Positions 9,579-20,487 are shown, numbered from the stretch's first letter. The stretch: DNA of 64,000 nucleotides from an uncultured Candidatus Rokubacteria bacterium (GCA_963754315.1 CAVWFS010000008.1:192001-256000), one strand, 5' to 3'. A program made the numbers and translations. The notes: generated by a model from the letters alone, not told the origin.

Positions 9579-10572
9579 CGTCGGCATCATGGGCCTGCGC
9601 ATTCCTGGGATGTCGTGGCGGGAGATTCGCGAAAGCGCCGTTCTCGCGGAGGAGCTGGGCTACAGCTGCCTCAGCATGGGCGAATCGTGGGGAGAAGACG
9701 CCTTCACCTCGCTGGCCCAGCTGGCCGCCGTTACCTCTCGCATCCGCATCGGCACCAGCATCGTGCCTGTGTTCGCCCGCTCGCCGGCAAACCTCGCCAT
9801 GACCGCCCTCAATATGGACCGGATGTCCGACGGTCGCTTCTTTCTCGGCCTCGGCACGAGTGGCCAGCTGGTCGTCCAGGACTTGCACGGCGAAACGTTT
9901 CAAAAGCCGCTGACTCGTCTGCGCGAGTACATCGATATCATCCGCAGGGCGGCGCGGGGCGAGTCGCTCGACCACGAGGGAGAATTCTTCCGGATCAAGC
10001 GGTTTCGACTCCGCCTGAGTCCCTATCGCGCGAACCTGCCCATCTACATCGCGGCCCTCAGCCCGCCCAGTCTGCGCCTCACGGGCGAGCTGGCCGACGG
10101 TTGGCTGCCGATCTTCCTCGCTCCCTCGCGGATGACTGCCGTGCTGACCGAGTTGAAGGCGGGAGCCGAGTCCGTGGGACGCGCCTGGCGGGACCTCGTC
10201 ATCTCGCCACAGGTCTCGATCTATGTGACCGACGATGTGGCGGCCGCCCGCGACCGTGAGCGCCCTCACATCGCCTTCTATATTGGCGGTATGGGAGTGT
10301 TCTATCACCAGTACATGCACCGAATCGGTTTCGGTGCCGAGGCCGACCGCGTTCGCGACGCCTATCAGGCTCGCCAGCGAGACCGAGCCGCCCAGCTGGT
10401 CACCGACGAGATGGTGGACGCAATGACCATCATCGGTGCCCCGCGACAGTGCCGCCAGCAAATCCAGGCCTTCTTCGAGGCCGGTGTGCACGAGGTCCGC
10501 CTGGTGTTCAACGAGCCCAACGGAGAGGCATACCTACGGGCCCTCAAGGCCGTGGCCCCTGGTCCGCGGTGA
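9571..10572 (+). CDS. Luciferase-like monooxygenase (LLM) family, probably F420-dependent
   Basis: ESWGEDAF, RIRIGTSI, GRFFLGLG and GELADGWLP motifs. Confidence 0.9.
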   Translation: MGDVGIMGLRIPGMSWREIRESAVLAEELGYSCLSMGESWGEDAFTSLAQLAAVTSRIRIGTSIVPVFARSPANLAMTALNMDRMSDGRFFLGLGTSGQLVVQDLHGETFQKPLTRLREYIDIIRRAARGESLDHEGEFFRIKRFRLRLSPYRANLPIYIAALSPPSLRLTGELADGWLPIFLAPSRMTAVLTELKAGAESVGRAWRDLVISPQVSIYVTDDVAAARDRERPHIAFYIGGMGVFYHQYMHRIGFGAEADRVRDAYQARQRDRAAQLVTDEMVDAMTIIGAPRQCRQQIQAFFEAGVHEVRLVFNEPNGEAYLRALKAVAPGPR

Positions 10573-10596
10573 CGACGGGGTCAGGGGAGGCTTGAG

Positions 10597-11367
10597 ATGG
10601 CAGGAATTCTTCTCGAGGGTAACGCGGTAACGGATGAGGAGCGCGCCGCCCACGCCCGGGCGTTGGCAGCGGAGAAGCGCATCGCCTCGCGGCGGCGGGC
10701 CACAAGCCTCAAGGCACGGGTCGGAGGCCCCAAGCTGGCCAAGGCGCTGCAGGTTCCTGGACCCGTGCGGCACGATCGCATCGTGGAGCCTGGCCCCTTC
10801 TCGTGCATGCTCGCGGCCGGTGATCATCTGCGTATCATCGACCTCGAGGGCCAGCAGGCCGTGGATTTTCTCGTATACGACGCGGCGAACGCGGAGAACC
10901 GCTACAACGCCGCCAACACGATCAAGATCAACCGGTCGATCTACGTGGGGACCGGCGGCCGGCTCATCTCCGACCTGGGCGACGTGCTGATGACCGTGAG
11001 CGAGGATACGGTGGGCCATCACGACACGCTCGGGGGCTGCTGCAGCACCGAGGTCAACGCCCTGCGCTACGGCATCAAGGGGACGGCGAGCTGCCGCAAC
11101 AACTTCATCGCCGCGCTGGCCGAGCACGGGCTCGGCTCCCGCGACATCGTCGCCAACCTCAATTTCTTCATGAATGTGCCCGTGCGCCCGGACGGCTCCA
11201 CCGAGATCGTGGAAGGATTGTCCGAGCCCGGCGACTTCGTCGATCTACGGGCAGAGAGAAACGTGCTGGTGGTCATCTCCAACTGCCCTCAGCTCTACAA
11301 TCCATGCTCGGGATGGGACCCGACCCCGATCCGCCTCATCGAATGGCGGCCGCCGAGCGAGGCGTGA
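10597..11367 (+). CDS. DUF1989 / urea-carboxylase-associated family protein (CgdB/UAAP2-like)
   Basis: LRIIDLEGQQAVDF, HDTLGGCCS, NFFMNVPV and SNCPQLYNPC motifs. Confidence 0.9.
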   Translation: MAGILLEGNAVTDEERAAHARALAAEKRIASRRRATSLKARVGGPKLAKALQVPGPVRHDRIVEPGPFSCMLAAGDHLRIIDLEGQQAVDFLVYDAANAENRYNAANTIKINRSIYVGTGGRLISDLGDVLMTVSEDTVGHHDTLGGCCSTEVNALRYGIKGTASCRNNFIAALAEHGLGSRDIVANLNFFMNVPVRPDGSTEIVEGLSEPGDFVDLRAERNVLVVISNCPQLYNPCSGWDPTPIRLIEWRPPSEA

Positions 11368-11376
11368 AGGAGGATC

Positions 11377-12567
11377 ATGGACTTCGAGTACACCGCCGAG
11401 CAGCAGGCGTTCCGACGGCAGGTCCGCGACTGGCTGGCGACCAACCTTCCCCCCGAGCTCTGTCTCGACGATCCTGCCGACGATCGCGTGGCGTCCGATC
11501 GGGAGACGTTTGAGCGCCGGTGCGCGTGGCAGAAAACGATGCACGCGGCGGGCTGGGTGGGCATCACGTGGCCGCAGGAGTACGGCGGCCGGGCAGCCGG
11601 GCTGATCGAACGGGTGATCTGGGACGAGGAGTACTCTGCTGCTCGGGCACCCGTCCTCCCGGGCGCGATGGGTCTGAACCTGGTTGGTCCCACCATCATC
11701 CACTGGGGTACCGACGCGCAGAAACGGGAGCATCTTCCGGCGATTCTGAACGCCGACGAGATCTGGTGCCAGGGGTTCTCCGAGCCGGGGGCGGGCTCTG
11801 ACCTGGCCGGTCTTCAGACACGAGCGGTAGAGCGCGGGGATCACTTCGTTGTCAACGGCCAGAAGGTGTGGACGTCGGGCGCGCACTTCGCGCAGTGGAT
11901 CATCCTGCTCGCCCGCACCAACGCCGAGGCGCCCAAGCACCAGGGGATCAGCGCCTTCTTGGTTCCCATGACGACACCCGGCATTACCGTGCGCCCACTG
12001 GTGTTGATGACCGGCCACCGTCACTTCAACGAGGTCTTCTTCGAGGACGTCGCCGTGCCCAGGGCAAATCTCCTCGGCCCGCTCCACCAGGGCTGGAAGG
12101 TGTCCACGACCACCCTGATGTACGAGCGGCATTCCTCGGGTGCGCGCAGCCCGGTCGCGCAAGTAGCCCGCCTCATGGCGCTGGCGCGCACCGTGGAGCA
12201 CGAAGGCCGGCCCGCCTGGGAGAACCCGTGGATTCGCCAACGTCTGACACAACTCGCCATCGACTGTGAAGCGCTCAAGTACACCCGCCTGCGTAGTCTG
12301 ACCCGCCAGCTCCGGGGCGAGCCGCCCGGGCCCGAGGGATCCATCCTCAAGCTGACCGGGTCCGAACTAGGGGTGCGGATCGCCGACGTGGCGGGCGAGC
12401 TGCTCGGGATCCACGCCTTGGTCAACGAGCCGTCGGCCATGGTGCCGGACGCTCCTCGCTGGCTGAATCGAATGATCGCCGCGCGCCAGTACACCATCTC
12501 GGCCGGCACCAGCGAGATCCAGCGCAACATCATCGGCGAACGCGTGCTCGGGCTTCCCAAAGGGTGA
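11377..12567 (+). CDS. Acyl-CoA dehydrogenase
   Basis: WCQGFSEPGAGSDL, NGQKVWTS, FNEVFF and GTSEIQRNII motifs. Confidence 0.95.
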   Translation: MDFEYTAEQQAFRRQVRDWLATNLPPELCLDDPADDRVASDRETFERRCAWQKTMHAAGWVGITWPQEYGGRAAGLIERVIWDEEYSAARAPVLPGAMGLNLVGPTIIHWGTDAQKREHLPAILNADEIWCQGFSEPGAGSDLAGLQTRAVERGDHFVVNGQKVWTSGAHFAQWIILLARTNAEAPKHQGISAFLVPMTTPGITVRPLVLMTGHRHFNEVFFEDVAVPRANLLGPLHQGWKVSTTTLMYERHSSGARSPVAQVARLMALARTVEHEGRPAWENPWIRQRLTQLAIDCEALKYTRLRSLTRQLRGEPPGPEGSILKLTGSELGVRIADVAGELLGIHALVNEPSAMVPDAPRWLNRMIAARQYTISAGTSEIQRNIIGERVLGLPKG

Positions 12568-12589
12568 CGGGCTCGGTCGGCCTCACCGC

Positions 12590-13672
12590 ATGACACGCCT
12601 CCGCGTGGGCGTCGCCGGTCTCAGCCACGACCATGTATGGAGCAATCTGGCCGCCGTGGCGAACGGGATGTTTGGCCAGCTCGTGGCCGCCGCCGATCCC
12701 GATCCCCGGCTGCGCGCGCGTCTCGAGCAAACGTACGGAGGTGTCCAGACCCATAGCGCGTATGACGACTTCCTCGCGCGCACGGATCTGGACGCGGTGC
12801 TCGTGTTTGCCGACAACCGAACATCGGCCGAGCTCGGGGTGGCCGCGCTGGGCCGCGGGTGGCCAGTCATGGTGGAGAAGCCTATGGCGGCCGACCTCGG
12901 CGGCGCCGAGGCGTTACTGGCTGCTGGTCGGGCCGCCGCCCTGCCGCTCATGATCAACTGGCCTACCGTATGGCGTCCCGCCCTCAGGCACGGGCTCACG
13001 CTCGCCCGGACGGGTGCGGTCGGCGAGCCGGTGCAGCTCAGCCACCGCGGAGGCCACGCTGGTCCCCGCGAGTTCGGGTGTTCCCCGCAGTTCTGCGAGT
13101 GGCTCTACGATCCCGCCCGCAATGGAGGCGGCGCGTTGGTCGACTACTGCGGGTACGGGGCGTTGCTCTGCCGCACGCTCATGGGCCAGCCGCATGAAGT
13201 CGCTGCGGTGGCGGCCTGCTTGCGCAAGGAAGGACTGCCCGCGGAGGACAGCGCCATCGTCGTGCTGCGCTACCCGCGCAGCCTCGGGCTGCTCGAGGCG
13301 AGCTGGACGCAGATCGGGAACGAACCGGCGTTCGCGATGGTCGTGTACGGTGATGCCGGGACGCTCGTGGTGCACCAGCCCCGCGCCCTCCGGGAGGGTC
13401 AGCCGATCGCGACCGGCCGCATCGAGCTGGTCACCGGCACCGACCGCCAAACCATCGATGTGCCCTCGCTCCCTCCCGACGAGCGAGATGGTCCGACCTA
13501 CTTCCTCTCGCGCGTCCGGGAGGGGCGGCTCGTCGAGGGGTTGTGCGCGCCTGAGGTCGGTCGCGACGTGCAAGAGATACTGGAGGCGGCGCTGGTCTCG
13601 AGCGCGACGGGCCGCTCGGTGGCGCTTCCCTTGGCTGACCAGGCTCTTCGACGACGTGAGGCGATTCGATGA
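12590..13672 (+). CDS. Gfo/Idh/MocA family oxidoreductase
   Basis: N-terminal Rossmann fold, VMVEKPMA and GGGALVD motifs. Confidence 0.9.
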   Translation: MTRLRVGVAGLSHDHVWSNLAAVANGMFGQLVAAADPDPRLRARLEQTYGGVQTHSAYDDFLARTDLDAVLVFADNRTSAELGVAALGRGWPVMVEKPMAADLGGAEALLAAGRAAALPLMINWPTVWRPALRHGLTLARTGAVGEPVQLSHRGGHAGPREFGCSPQFCEWLYDPARNGGGALVDYCGYGALLCRTLMGQPHEVAAVAACLRKEGLPAEDSAIVVLRYPRSLGLLEASWTQIGNEPAFAMVVYGDAGTLVVHQPRALREGQPIATGRIELVTGTDRQTIDVPSLPPDERDGPTYFLSRVREGRLVEGLCAPEVGRDVQEILEAALVSSATGRSVALPLADQALRRREAIR

Positions 13673-14824
13673 GCGAAGAAACGTGGAACGAGGCGATCGA
13701 CCGAATGCTCACGCGCGTCCGGGACACGGCGGGCCGGGTGAAGGACGGCTTTCCTCACTGGGCCCATCCCGATTCGGGGGAGTGGACGACCACCCGCGAC
13801 GGCGACTGGACGGGCGGATACTGGATCGGAATGCTGTGGCTCGCCGCCCATGCGACCGGCGACGCGCGATACCGGGCGTGGGCGGAGCCGCTCACCGACA
13901 CGCCTGCGCGCGCGGATCGATGCCGAGACGGTCTTCAAGTCGTTCCCCGCGTATTACGGCGCCGCGCTGGGCTCGATCCTCCATGGCCTGCCGTCCGCCC
14001 GGGACATTGCTCTGCGAACCGCTCAACGACTGGCCACGCTCTATGCGCCTCCCCTCAAGCTGATTCCCCTCGGGCCGCAGGCGGAGGAAGGCGCCCACGT
14101 CGGAAGCACAGAAACCAGCATCGACAGCCTGCAGGCGGCCCCCTTCCTCTTCTGGGCGGCCCGCGAGAGCGGCGACACGACAATCCGCGCCACAGCCGTC
14201 GACCACGCGGAGACGATCATCCACCTGCATCTTCGGCCCGACGGATCATTCATCCAGTCGAGCTCGCTCGACGCGGCCAGCGGTCAGCTCGTCCGGCACT
14301 ACACCCACAAGGGCTACAGCGATTCGAGCACGTGGGGGCGGGCCCAAGGCTGGGGCATGCTGTTCGCGACTCAGAGCTATCTCGCCGAACGAGCACGTTC
14401 CGCCTGGCTCACGGCGGCGATGCGTGGCGCGGACTGGTGGCTGGCCAACGTGCCACCGGACCGGGTGGCCTTCTGGGACTTCGATGATCCCGCCATTCCC
14501 GAGACCGAGCGCGATACAGCCGCGACCGCCATTGCCTTGGCCGCGCTGGTCAAGCTCAGCCTCGTTGCCGTCCCGGAGGCCAAGCGCAGCCTCTATCGTC
14601 AAGCGGCCGAAGCGACCGCCCGCGCTCTGGTGACCCGGTACCTCACGCCGACTCAGGCGTCGGACCGACGTGTCCCCGGAATGCTGACCGAGGCCTGCTT
14701 CAACAAGCGGGCCGACGCACGGCCGCAGGACAAGGCGAACCGCTGCGAATTCATCGTGGGGAGTTACTACCTGTTGGAGAGCCTGCTCGGCCTCGCTGGC
14801 CGCCTCGATCCGGTGTCCGTGTAA
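13669..14824 (+). CDS. Glycoside hydrolase family 88 (unsaturated glucuronyl hydrolase-like), frameshifted near 13900
   Basis: The N-terminal part (GDWTGGYWIGMLW, ORF 13669) and the rest (SIDSL, STWGRAQGWG, WDFDDP, DTAATAI, ORF 13850) join if one extra base at ~13900 is removed. Confidence 0.8.
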
Positions 14825-14888
14825 TCGGGGAGGGGACTGTCTCGCGTTTCGGGGCCGTTGCCCCGTCCCACGATTGCTGCGAAAATCG

Positions 14889-16472
14889 ATGTCCACTGCC
14901 GTGAGAGTCCCGGACGCTGGCGGAAGTTCCGCGAGGGGCCGCTCCATCTCCGCCCAGAGGATGATCCTGGATGCCCTCCCCGCGCATGTCGCTCTTCTGG
15001 ATGCGCAGGGAGCGATCATTGTCGTCAATCGAGCGTGGAGAGAGTTCGCGCTCCTCAACCTCTTCGGCGGAAACGCAGGGGTGGGGGAGAATTACCTCGA
15101 GGTGTGCGACCGATCCTTCCGCTCCGGCGTGCAAGAAGCGGGAGGCATATCAGTCGGAATTCGCGACGTGCTGGCGGGCCGCAGCGAGTTGTTCGAGCAG
15201 GAGTATTCCTGTCACTCGCCCGCCGAGCAGCGCTGGTTTCGCGTGACCGTATCCGCGATTCGCGGAGAGGGACCGGCCGGGGCCGTGGTCATGCATGTCG
15301 ACGTGACCGAGCGTCATCTGGCCGAAGATGCTCTCAAGCGGAGCGAGGACGAGCACCGGGCTCTGATCGAAGGGTCGATTCAGGGCATCTGCATCCACCG
15401 TGACTTCATCATCCAGGTGGCCAACCCGGCTGTGGTCCGGATGTTCGGCTACGCGAGTCCAGCGGACCTGATCGGAAGGGATATCGGTATCCTGGTCGCT
15501 CCCCATGAGATTCCTCGGCTACAGCCCTATACGGCGGCTCGCCTCCGGGGCGATGCAGTACCCAGCCGCTACGAACTTCAAGGTGTCTGTCGGGACGGTA
15601 CGCTGATCTGGATCGAGACGGTCGTGTCCGTCGTCGCCTGGAAAGGCGCGCCGGCTATTCTCGCCACCTTGGTGGACGTCACGGACAGGAAGCGGACCGA
15701 GGAGGCGCTCCGCCAGAGTGAGGAGCAGCTCCGTCAGGCCCAGAAGATGGAGGCCATCGGCCGCTTGGCCGGGGGCGTGGCCCACGATTTCAACAATCTG
15801 CTGACGGTGATCATCGGGCGGAGCGAAGTCCTGGCCAAGGCTCTTCCCGCGCACGATCCCTTGCGCAGGCAGGTCGAGCTGATCGACCGAACGGCCGTTC
15901 GGGCCAGCCGGCTCACCCAGCAGCTGCTCGCCTTCAGCCGCAACCAGGTCTTGCAGCCTACTACCGTGGACGTGAACAGTGCTGTCCACGACGTGTCGAG
16001 CATGCTGCAGTCGCTCATCGGTGACGATGTGGTCCTCGACATCGCGACAGGGGCCCAGCGCGCGGCCGTGAAGGTTGATCGCCATCAGCTCGAGCAGGCG
16101 ATCGTCAATCTCGTCATCAACGCCCGCGACGCCATGCCCTTCGGGGGACGGCTCGCCATCGCTACCGCCAACGGCACGCTCGATGCGGGCGGGGCACGCG
16201 AGCAGGATGACCCTCCAGGCCCTTACGTCATCCTCTCCATCGCCGATACTGGGCTCGGGATGCCACCCGAAGTCCGGGCCCGAGCCTTTGAGCCCTTCTT
16301 CACGACCAAAGGGCGCGGCCAGGGAACCGGCCTCGGCCTGTCGATGGTCTACGGCTTCGTCAAGCAGAGCGGTGGTGACATCGCCATCGAGAGTGAGTCG
16401 GGCCGGGGGACGACCGTTCGCATTTACCTGCCGCTGCAGGCGGGGCAGGTCAGCGGCGGGCGAGATGGGTGA
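14889..16472 (+). CDS. PAS-PAS sensor histidine kinase without a receiver domain
   Basis: Two PAS domains, [24 protein letters not shown]-box, [16 protein letters not shown] and [14 protein letters not shown]; ends just after RIYLP. Confidence 0.92.
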   Translation: MSTAVRVPDAGGSSARGRSISAQRMILDALPAHVALLDAQGAIIVVNRAWREFALLNLFGGNAGVGENYLEVCDRSFRSGVQEAGGISVGIRDVLAGRSELFEQEYSCHSPAEQRWFRVTVSAIRGEGPAGAVVMHVDVTERHLAEDALKRSEDEHRALIEGSIQGICIHRDFIIQVANPAVVRMFGYASPADLIGRDIGILVAPHEIPRLQPYTAARLRGDAVPSRYELQGVCRDGTLIWIETVVSVVAWKGAPAILATLVDVTDRKRTEEALRQSEEQLRQAQKMEAIGRLAGGVAHDFNNLLTVIIGRSEVLAKALPAHDPLRRQVELIDRTAVRASRLTQQLLAFSRNQVLQPTTVDVNSAVHDVSSMLQSLIGDDVVLDIATGAQRAAVKVDRHQLEQAIVNLVINARDAMPFGGRLAIATANGTLDAGGAREQDDPPGPYVILSIADTGLGMPPEVRARAFEPFFTTKGRGQGTGLGLSMVYGFVKQSGGDIAIESESGRGTTVRIYLPLQAGQVSGGRDG

Positions 16473-18145
16473 CCATAGTCGCGGAGGGCGGATTCCGGGG
16501 TGACGTGCCCGGCGATGACATCGTCGCGTACGCGCGCGGGATCACGCTCGGCGGGCGGCCCGAAGCCTCCGGAGCCCGGCGCTCTGAGGCATAGCTGGCC
16601 GTCCGCCGGCACCGTGAAAGACCCCTTGCTGTTCAGCTCGCGCTCGATACCGTCGGGGCCGACTGCGACCACCCGCGCCGGAGCGCCCGCCCGCCCGCCG
16701 GCCAGGCCGAACGGAGGCGACTTCATGCGCTCACAGCACACGCTGACCTGGCTTGGACCACCGAGAATTCGCCACACCCGCTCCACGCCAGCGCCACCAC
16801 GATGGCGCCCTGGGCCGCCGCTGTCGGGAACGATCTCGTAGCGCTCGATCCGGACCGGAAAGCTCAATTCCAGGATTTCGATGGGGGTGTTCATGGTGTT
16901 CGAAATGCCCGCCGAGAGCCCGTTGATCCCATCCTTGGTCGGGCGTGCGCCAAAGCCCCCCTTGATGGTCTCGTAGCTCACGTAGCGGTCGCCCGTCCGG
17001 TAATCGACGCCGCCCAGGGTCACGATGGCGGAGGTCCCCTGAGAGCAGGCCATGACGCGCTCGGGGACGAGGGAGGCCAGGGCGCCGAAAATCATGTCGC
17101 ACACCCGATGCGAGATCTCGTGATTTGCGTACACGACGGGGGCGGGGGAGACAGCATGAACGACCGTACCCGGCTCGGCAGAGAGCTCGATTGGACGCCA
17201 GCAGCCAGAGTTCGGCGGCACCAGATCGGTGGGATCGGCGACCATTTTCACGGCGGCGTACACGCCGGAGGCGGTCACGGCGAGTGGCGCGTTCATCGGC
17301 CCCGGAACCTGTCGGTCGGTCCCTGCGAAGTCCACGATAAGGCGGTCAGCCTGCTTGGTCACGCGCAGCATGATGCGGAACGTGCGATCTTCCTTGTCCC
17401 CCTCCTCCACGATGCCGTCGCCATCGCAGAAATCCTCGAAGGTCGCGGTGCCCTCCGGCAACTCGGCGAGCATGCGGCGCATCAGGCGCTCGGAGTAGTC
17501 CATGACCTCCTGCATGATGGCGAGCAAGCGGCGGACGCCGTACTTTTTCGCCAATTCCCCGAGCCGCCGGACACCGCGCTGAGTTGCCGCCATCTGAGCG
17601 CGCAAGTCTCCACGGCGCTCCTCAGGTGTGCGAACGTTGGTGAAGATGATGCGCTCCACGTCAGAGTTCAGGACGCCGGCTGCGTACAATCGCACGGGCG
17701 GCAGCCGTAGACCCTCACCGAAGATCTCGGTGGTGGCGCCGTAGCTGCCCGGGATGGCGCTCCCGATATCCGGCCAGTGAGCGCGTACACAGGCAAACCC
17801 CAGCAGGGTATCCTCGTGGAAGGCGGGAGTGACGACGTTCACGTCGGGCAGATGGCTGCCCCCGAAGTAGGGATCGTTGTGGATGAAGACATCGCCGGGC
17901 TCGAAACGCGAGGCGGCCTGGATCACAGCCTTCACCGCCAGCGGCATGGAACCGAGGTGAATGGGCAGGTCCGGACCCTGGGCGACCATCTCCCCGCCGG
18001 CGTCGAACAACCCGCACGAATAGTCCCCGGCTACCTTGAGGAGCGGCGAATAGGCGGTCTTGGCCAGCACCACCTTCATCTCCTCGGCGGCGGCGTAGAG
18101 GGCGTTCTTGACCACCTCGAAGGTGGCGGGATCGGTCTCAACCAT
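16424..18145 (-). CDS. Hydantoinase B/oxoprolinase family protein
   Basis: Start re-called to MVETDPATFEVV; DYSCGLFD, NDPYFGGSHLPD, HWPDIG and GSGGFG motifs. Confidence 0.93.
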   Translation of the reverse strand: MVETDPATFEVVKNALYAAAEEMKVVLAKTAYSPLLKVAGDYSCGLFDAGGEMVAQGPDLPIHLGSMPLAVKAVIQAASRFEPGDVFIHNDPYFGGSHLPDVNVVTPAFHEDTLLGFACVRAHWPDIGSAIPGSYGATTEIFGEGLRLPPVRLYAAGVLNSDVERIIFTNVRTPEERRGDLRAQMAATQRGVRRLGELAKKYGVRRLLAIMQEVMDYSERLMRRMLAELPEGTATFEDFCDGDGIVEEGDKEDRTFRIMLRVTKQADRLIVDFAGTDRQVPGPMNAPLAVTASGVYAAVKMVADPTDLVPPNSGCWRPIELSAEPGTVVHAVSPAPVVYANHEISHRVCDMIFGALASLVPERVMACSQGTSAIVTLGGVDYRTGDRYVSYETIKGGFGARPTKDGINGLSAGISNTMNTPIEILELSFPVRIERYEIVPDSGGPGRHRGGAGVERVWRILGGPSQVSVCCERMKSPPFGLAGGRAGAPARVVAVGPDGIERELNSKGSFTVPADGQLCLRAPGSGGFGPPAERDPARVRDDVIAGHVTPESALRDYGHPSRPPLTCPACSGR

Positions 18146-20228
18146 GATCTGCGACCTCCAGAAGAATGACCCCACCGGGGTCGGCCCGCAACCGCCACCC
18201 GGGTGGCACGACAATCGTGGTGTCCACCGCCTCGACAATCAGCGGCCCGGCTCGCTCAAACCCGAGCGCCAAAGCCATCCGCGGAAGAACATCACAGCGA
18301 ACGAGGCCAGTCTCACTGAAGTATGCCATCCGGGATGTCGCCGCCGGCCCCGGGGAACTCGGCGAGCCCGATTCCTGCCCGAGGGCGAGACCATCGAGAC
18401 GGCCGACCGCGGCCACGCGCAAGTTGACGAGCTGCACAGGTTCGTGAGGGCTCGCGTGACCGTAGGTCATGCGGTGCTTCTCGTGGAAATCCTGAGCGAG
18501 CCCGGTGAGGGTTGCGGGCGTGATCGCTCCGGTCCCCACGGGCACCGTCAACTCGTACGCCTGGCGGCGATAGCGCAGGTCGGCAGCCCTCGTGACTTCC
18601 CAGCGCTCCGGCGGCACGCCGGCGCGGCGCAGCATCTCGCGGGCCGCGGCCTCCATCGCCTCGTAGGCAGAGCCGACGTCCGTGGGGCTGGCGGTGTCCA
18701 GGAGCGTGTAGAACGTGCGCGCGTAGTCACGCCTGAGGTCGCTTGCCACCAGGCCCAATGCTGAGAAGCCGCCTGGAATGGGTGGTATCACCACCTTCCG
18801 GATGTCCAGCTCCTGGGCGAGGTGTACTGCGTGCACCGGGCCTCCACCGCCAAAGGCCACCAAGCTGAACTCGCGCGGGTCGTAGCCTCGCTCGACCGAG
18901 ACGATGCGCAGAGCGGCTGCCATCCCCGCGTTGACGACGTTTGCCACGGCAGCGGCGGCTTCCATCGTATTCAGGCGGAGGGGATGGCCGATCCTCGCCT
19001 CGATGGCGGCGTGCGCACGGTCGAGCTGGACAGGGAGCTCACCGCCCAGCAGGGCTGTAGGATTGAGATAGCCGAGCACGAGGTCGGCGTCAGTGACGGT
19101 GGGATCCTCGCCCCCTCGGCCGTAGCAGGCTGGGCCGGGTTCGGCTCCCGCGCTCCGCGGGCCCACACGGAGGGCACCACCGGGATCGATCCAGGCAATG
19201 CTGCCGCCCCCGGCGCTGACCTCTGCCAGGTCGATCACGGGAACGCGGATGGGATGACCGGTGCCGTGTAGCCAGCGCCGAACGTGGGCGCTCCCTCCCA
19301 CCTCGTACTCGGATGTCGTCTTGATCTCCCCTCCCTCGATGAGGCTCACCTTGGCCGTCGTCCCGCCCATGTCGAACGAGATCAAATTTGACATTCCGAG
19401 CCGCCGCCCCAGGAGTGCTGCCGCGATGACACCGGCCGCCGGTCCGGATTCCACGGCCATGGCGGGCATTCGGAGACCCTCGCCGACCGTGAAGAGGCCG
19501 CCGCTGGACCCCATGACATAGGGTGAGGGCAGCCCCATGTCGGTCACGGCCGATTCGAGCCGGCCGAGGTATGAGGCGAGGACAGGAGCGACGTAAGCGC
19601 AGACCGCCGTGGTACTCGTACGTTCGAACTCCCGGATCTCGGGGAGGATTTCGGACGAGAGGAAGACAGGAGTATCGGGAAGGGCGGCCCGCAGTCGAGC
19701 GCCGATCGCCAGCTCGTGGGTGTCATTCAGGAATGCGAAGAGCAGGCAGACGGCGACGGCCTCGATGTCGTGCCGCTTGATGAAGTCGATCGCGTCATCC
19801 ACGTCCGCCAGGCGCAAGGGCTTCACGATGGAGCCCTGAGCGTCCACGCGCTCGGTCACTTCTAGACGGTGGTGCCGCGGGACGAGCACAGCGGGGGCAT
19901 CCTGGAAAAGGTCGTAGAGGGCGGCCCGGGCTGAGCGGCGCAGTTCGAGGACATCGCGGAGGCCGCGGGTAGTGACGAGAGCGGTGCGGGCCCCCGTGCC
20001 CTCCAGCAAGGCATTGGTCACCACCGTCGTGGCGTGACCGAGAAAGCTCACGGCAGCGGGAGCGAGCCCGTGCGATTGCATGGCCGCCCCGAGAGCGTCG
20101 AGCACACCACGCGTGAAGTCACGCGGGGTGGTGGAGACCTTGGTAACGGTGAGGTGGCCGCCGCGCTCGTCGGCAAGGACCACGTCGGTGAAGGTGCCGC
20201 CGATGTCGACACCGACGCGCCAGCTCAC
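18138..20228 (-). CDS. Hydantoinase A/oxoprolinase family protein
   Basis: GVDIGGTFTD, ESGPAAG, DMGGTT, AGGGS and GPACY motifs. Confidence 0.95.
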   Translation of the reverse strand: MSWRVGVDIGGTFTDVVLADERGGHLTVTKVSTTPRDFTRGVLDALGAAMQSHGLAPAAVSFLGHATTVVTNALLEGTGARTALVTTRGLRDVLELRRSARAALYDLFQDAPAVLVPRHHRLEVTERVDAQGSIVKPLRLADVDDAIDFIKRHDIEAVAVCLLFAFLNDTHELAIGARLRAALPDTPVFLSSEILPEIREFERTSTTAVCAYVAPVLASYLGRLESAVTDMGLPSPYVMGSSGGLFTVGEGLRMPAMAVESGPAAGVIAAALLGRRLGMSNLISFDMGGTTAKVSLIEGGEIKTTSEYEVGGSAHVRRWLHGTGHPIRVPVIDLAEVSAGGGSIAWIDPGGALRVGPRSAGAEPGPACYGRGGEDPTVTDADLVLGYLNPTALLGGELPVQLDRAHAAIEARIGHPLRLNTMEAAAAVANVVNAGMAAALRIVSVERGYDPREFSLVAFGGGGPVHAVHLAQELDIRKVVIPPIPGGFSALGLVASDLRRDYARTFYTLLDTASPTDVGSAYEAMEAAAREMLRRAGVPPERWEVTRAADLRYRRQAYELTVPVGTGAITPATLTGLAQDFHEKHRMTYGHASPHEPVQLVNLRVAAVGRLDGLALGQESGSPSSPGPAATSRMAYFSETGLVRCDVLPRMALALGFERAGPLIVEAVDTTIVVPPGWRLRADPGGVILLEVADHG

Positions 20229-20238
20229 CGCGCCGACG

Positions 20239-20487
20239 TCAGCGGAAGACGCCGACCGCCTTGAGGATCGCGATGAGGATCACCGCGCCGACGACGGAGA
20301 CGATGAGGCTGACGATGGCGCCATAGGTCGCGAGCCCGAGCACACCCGCCAGCCAGTGTCCGATCACCGCTCCCACGATCCCCACGATGATGTTGGCGAC
20401 GATACCCATCTGGGCATTCGTCTTCATGATGAGGCTCGCGAGCCAGCCCACCACGCCACCCACGATGATCGAGACAATGATATTCAT
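20239..20487 (-). CDS. GlsB/YeaQ/YmgE family (transglycosylase-associated) small membrane protein
   Basis: 82 aa with three Gly-rich hydrophobic segments: IIVGGVVGWLASLIM..NIIVGIVGAVIG..SVVGAVIL. Confidence 0.9.
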   Translation of the reverse strand: MNIIVSIIVGGVVGWLASLIMKTNAQMGIVANIIVGIVGAVIGHWLAGVLGLATYGAIVSLIVSVVGAVILIAILKAVGVFR

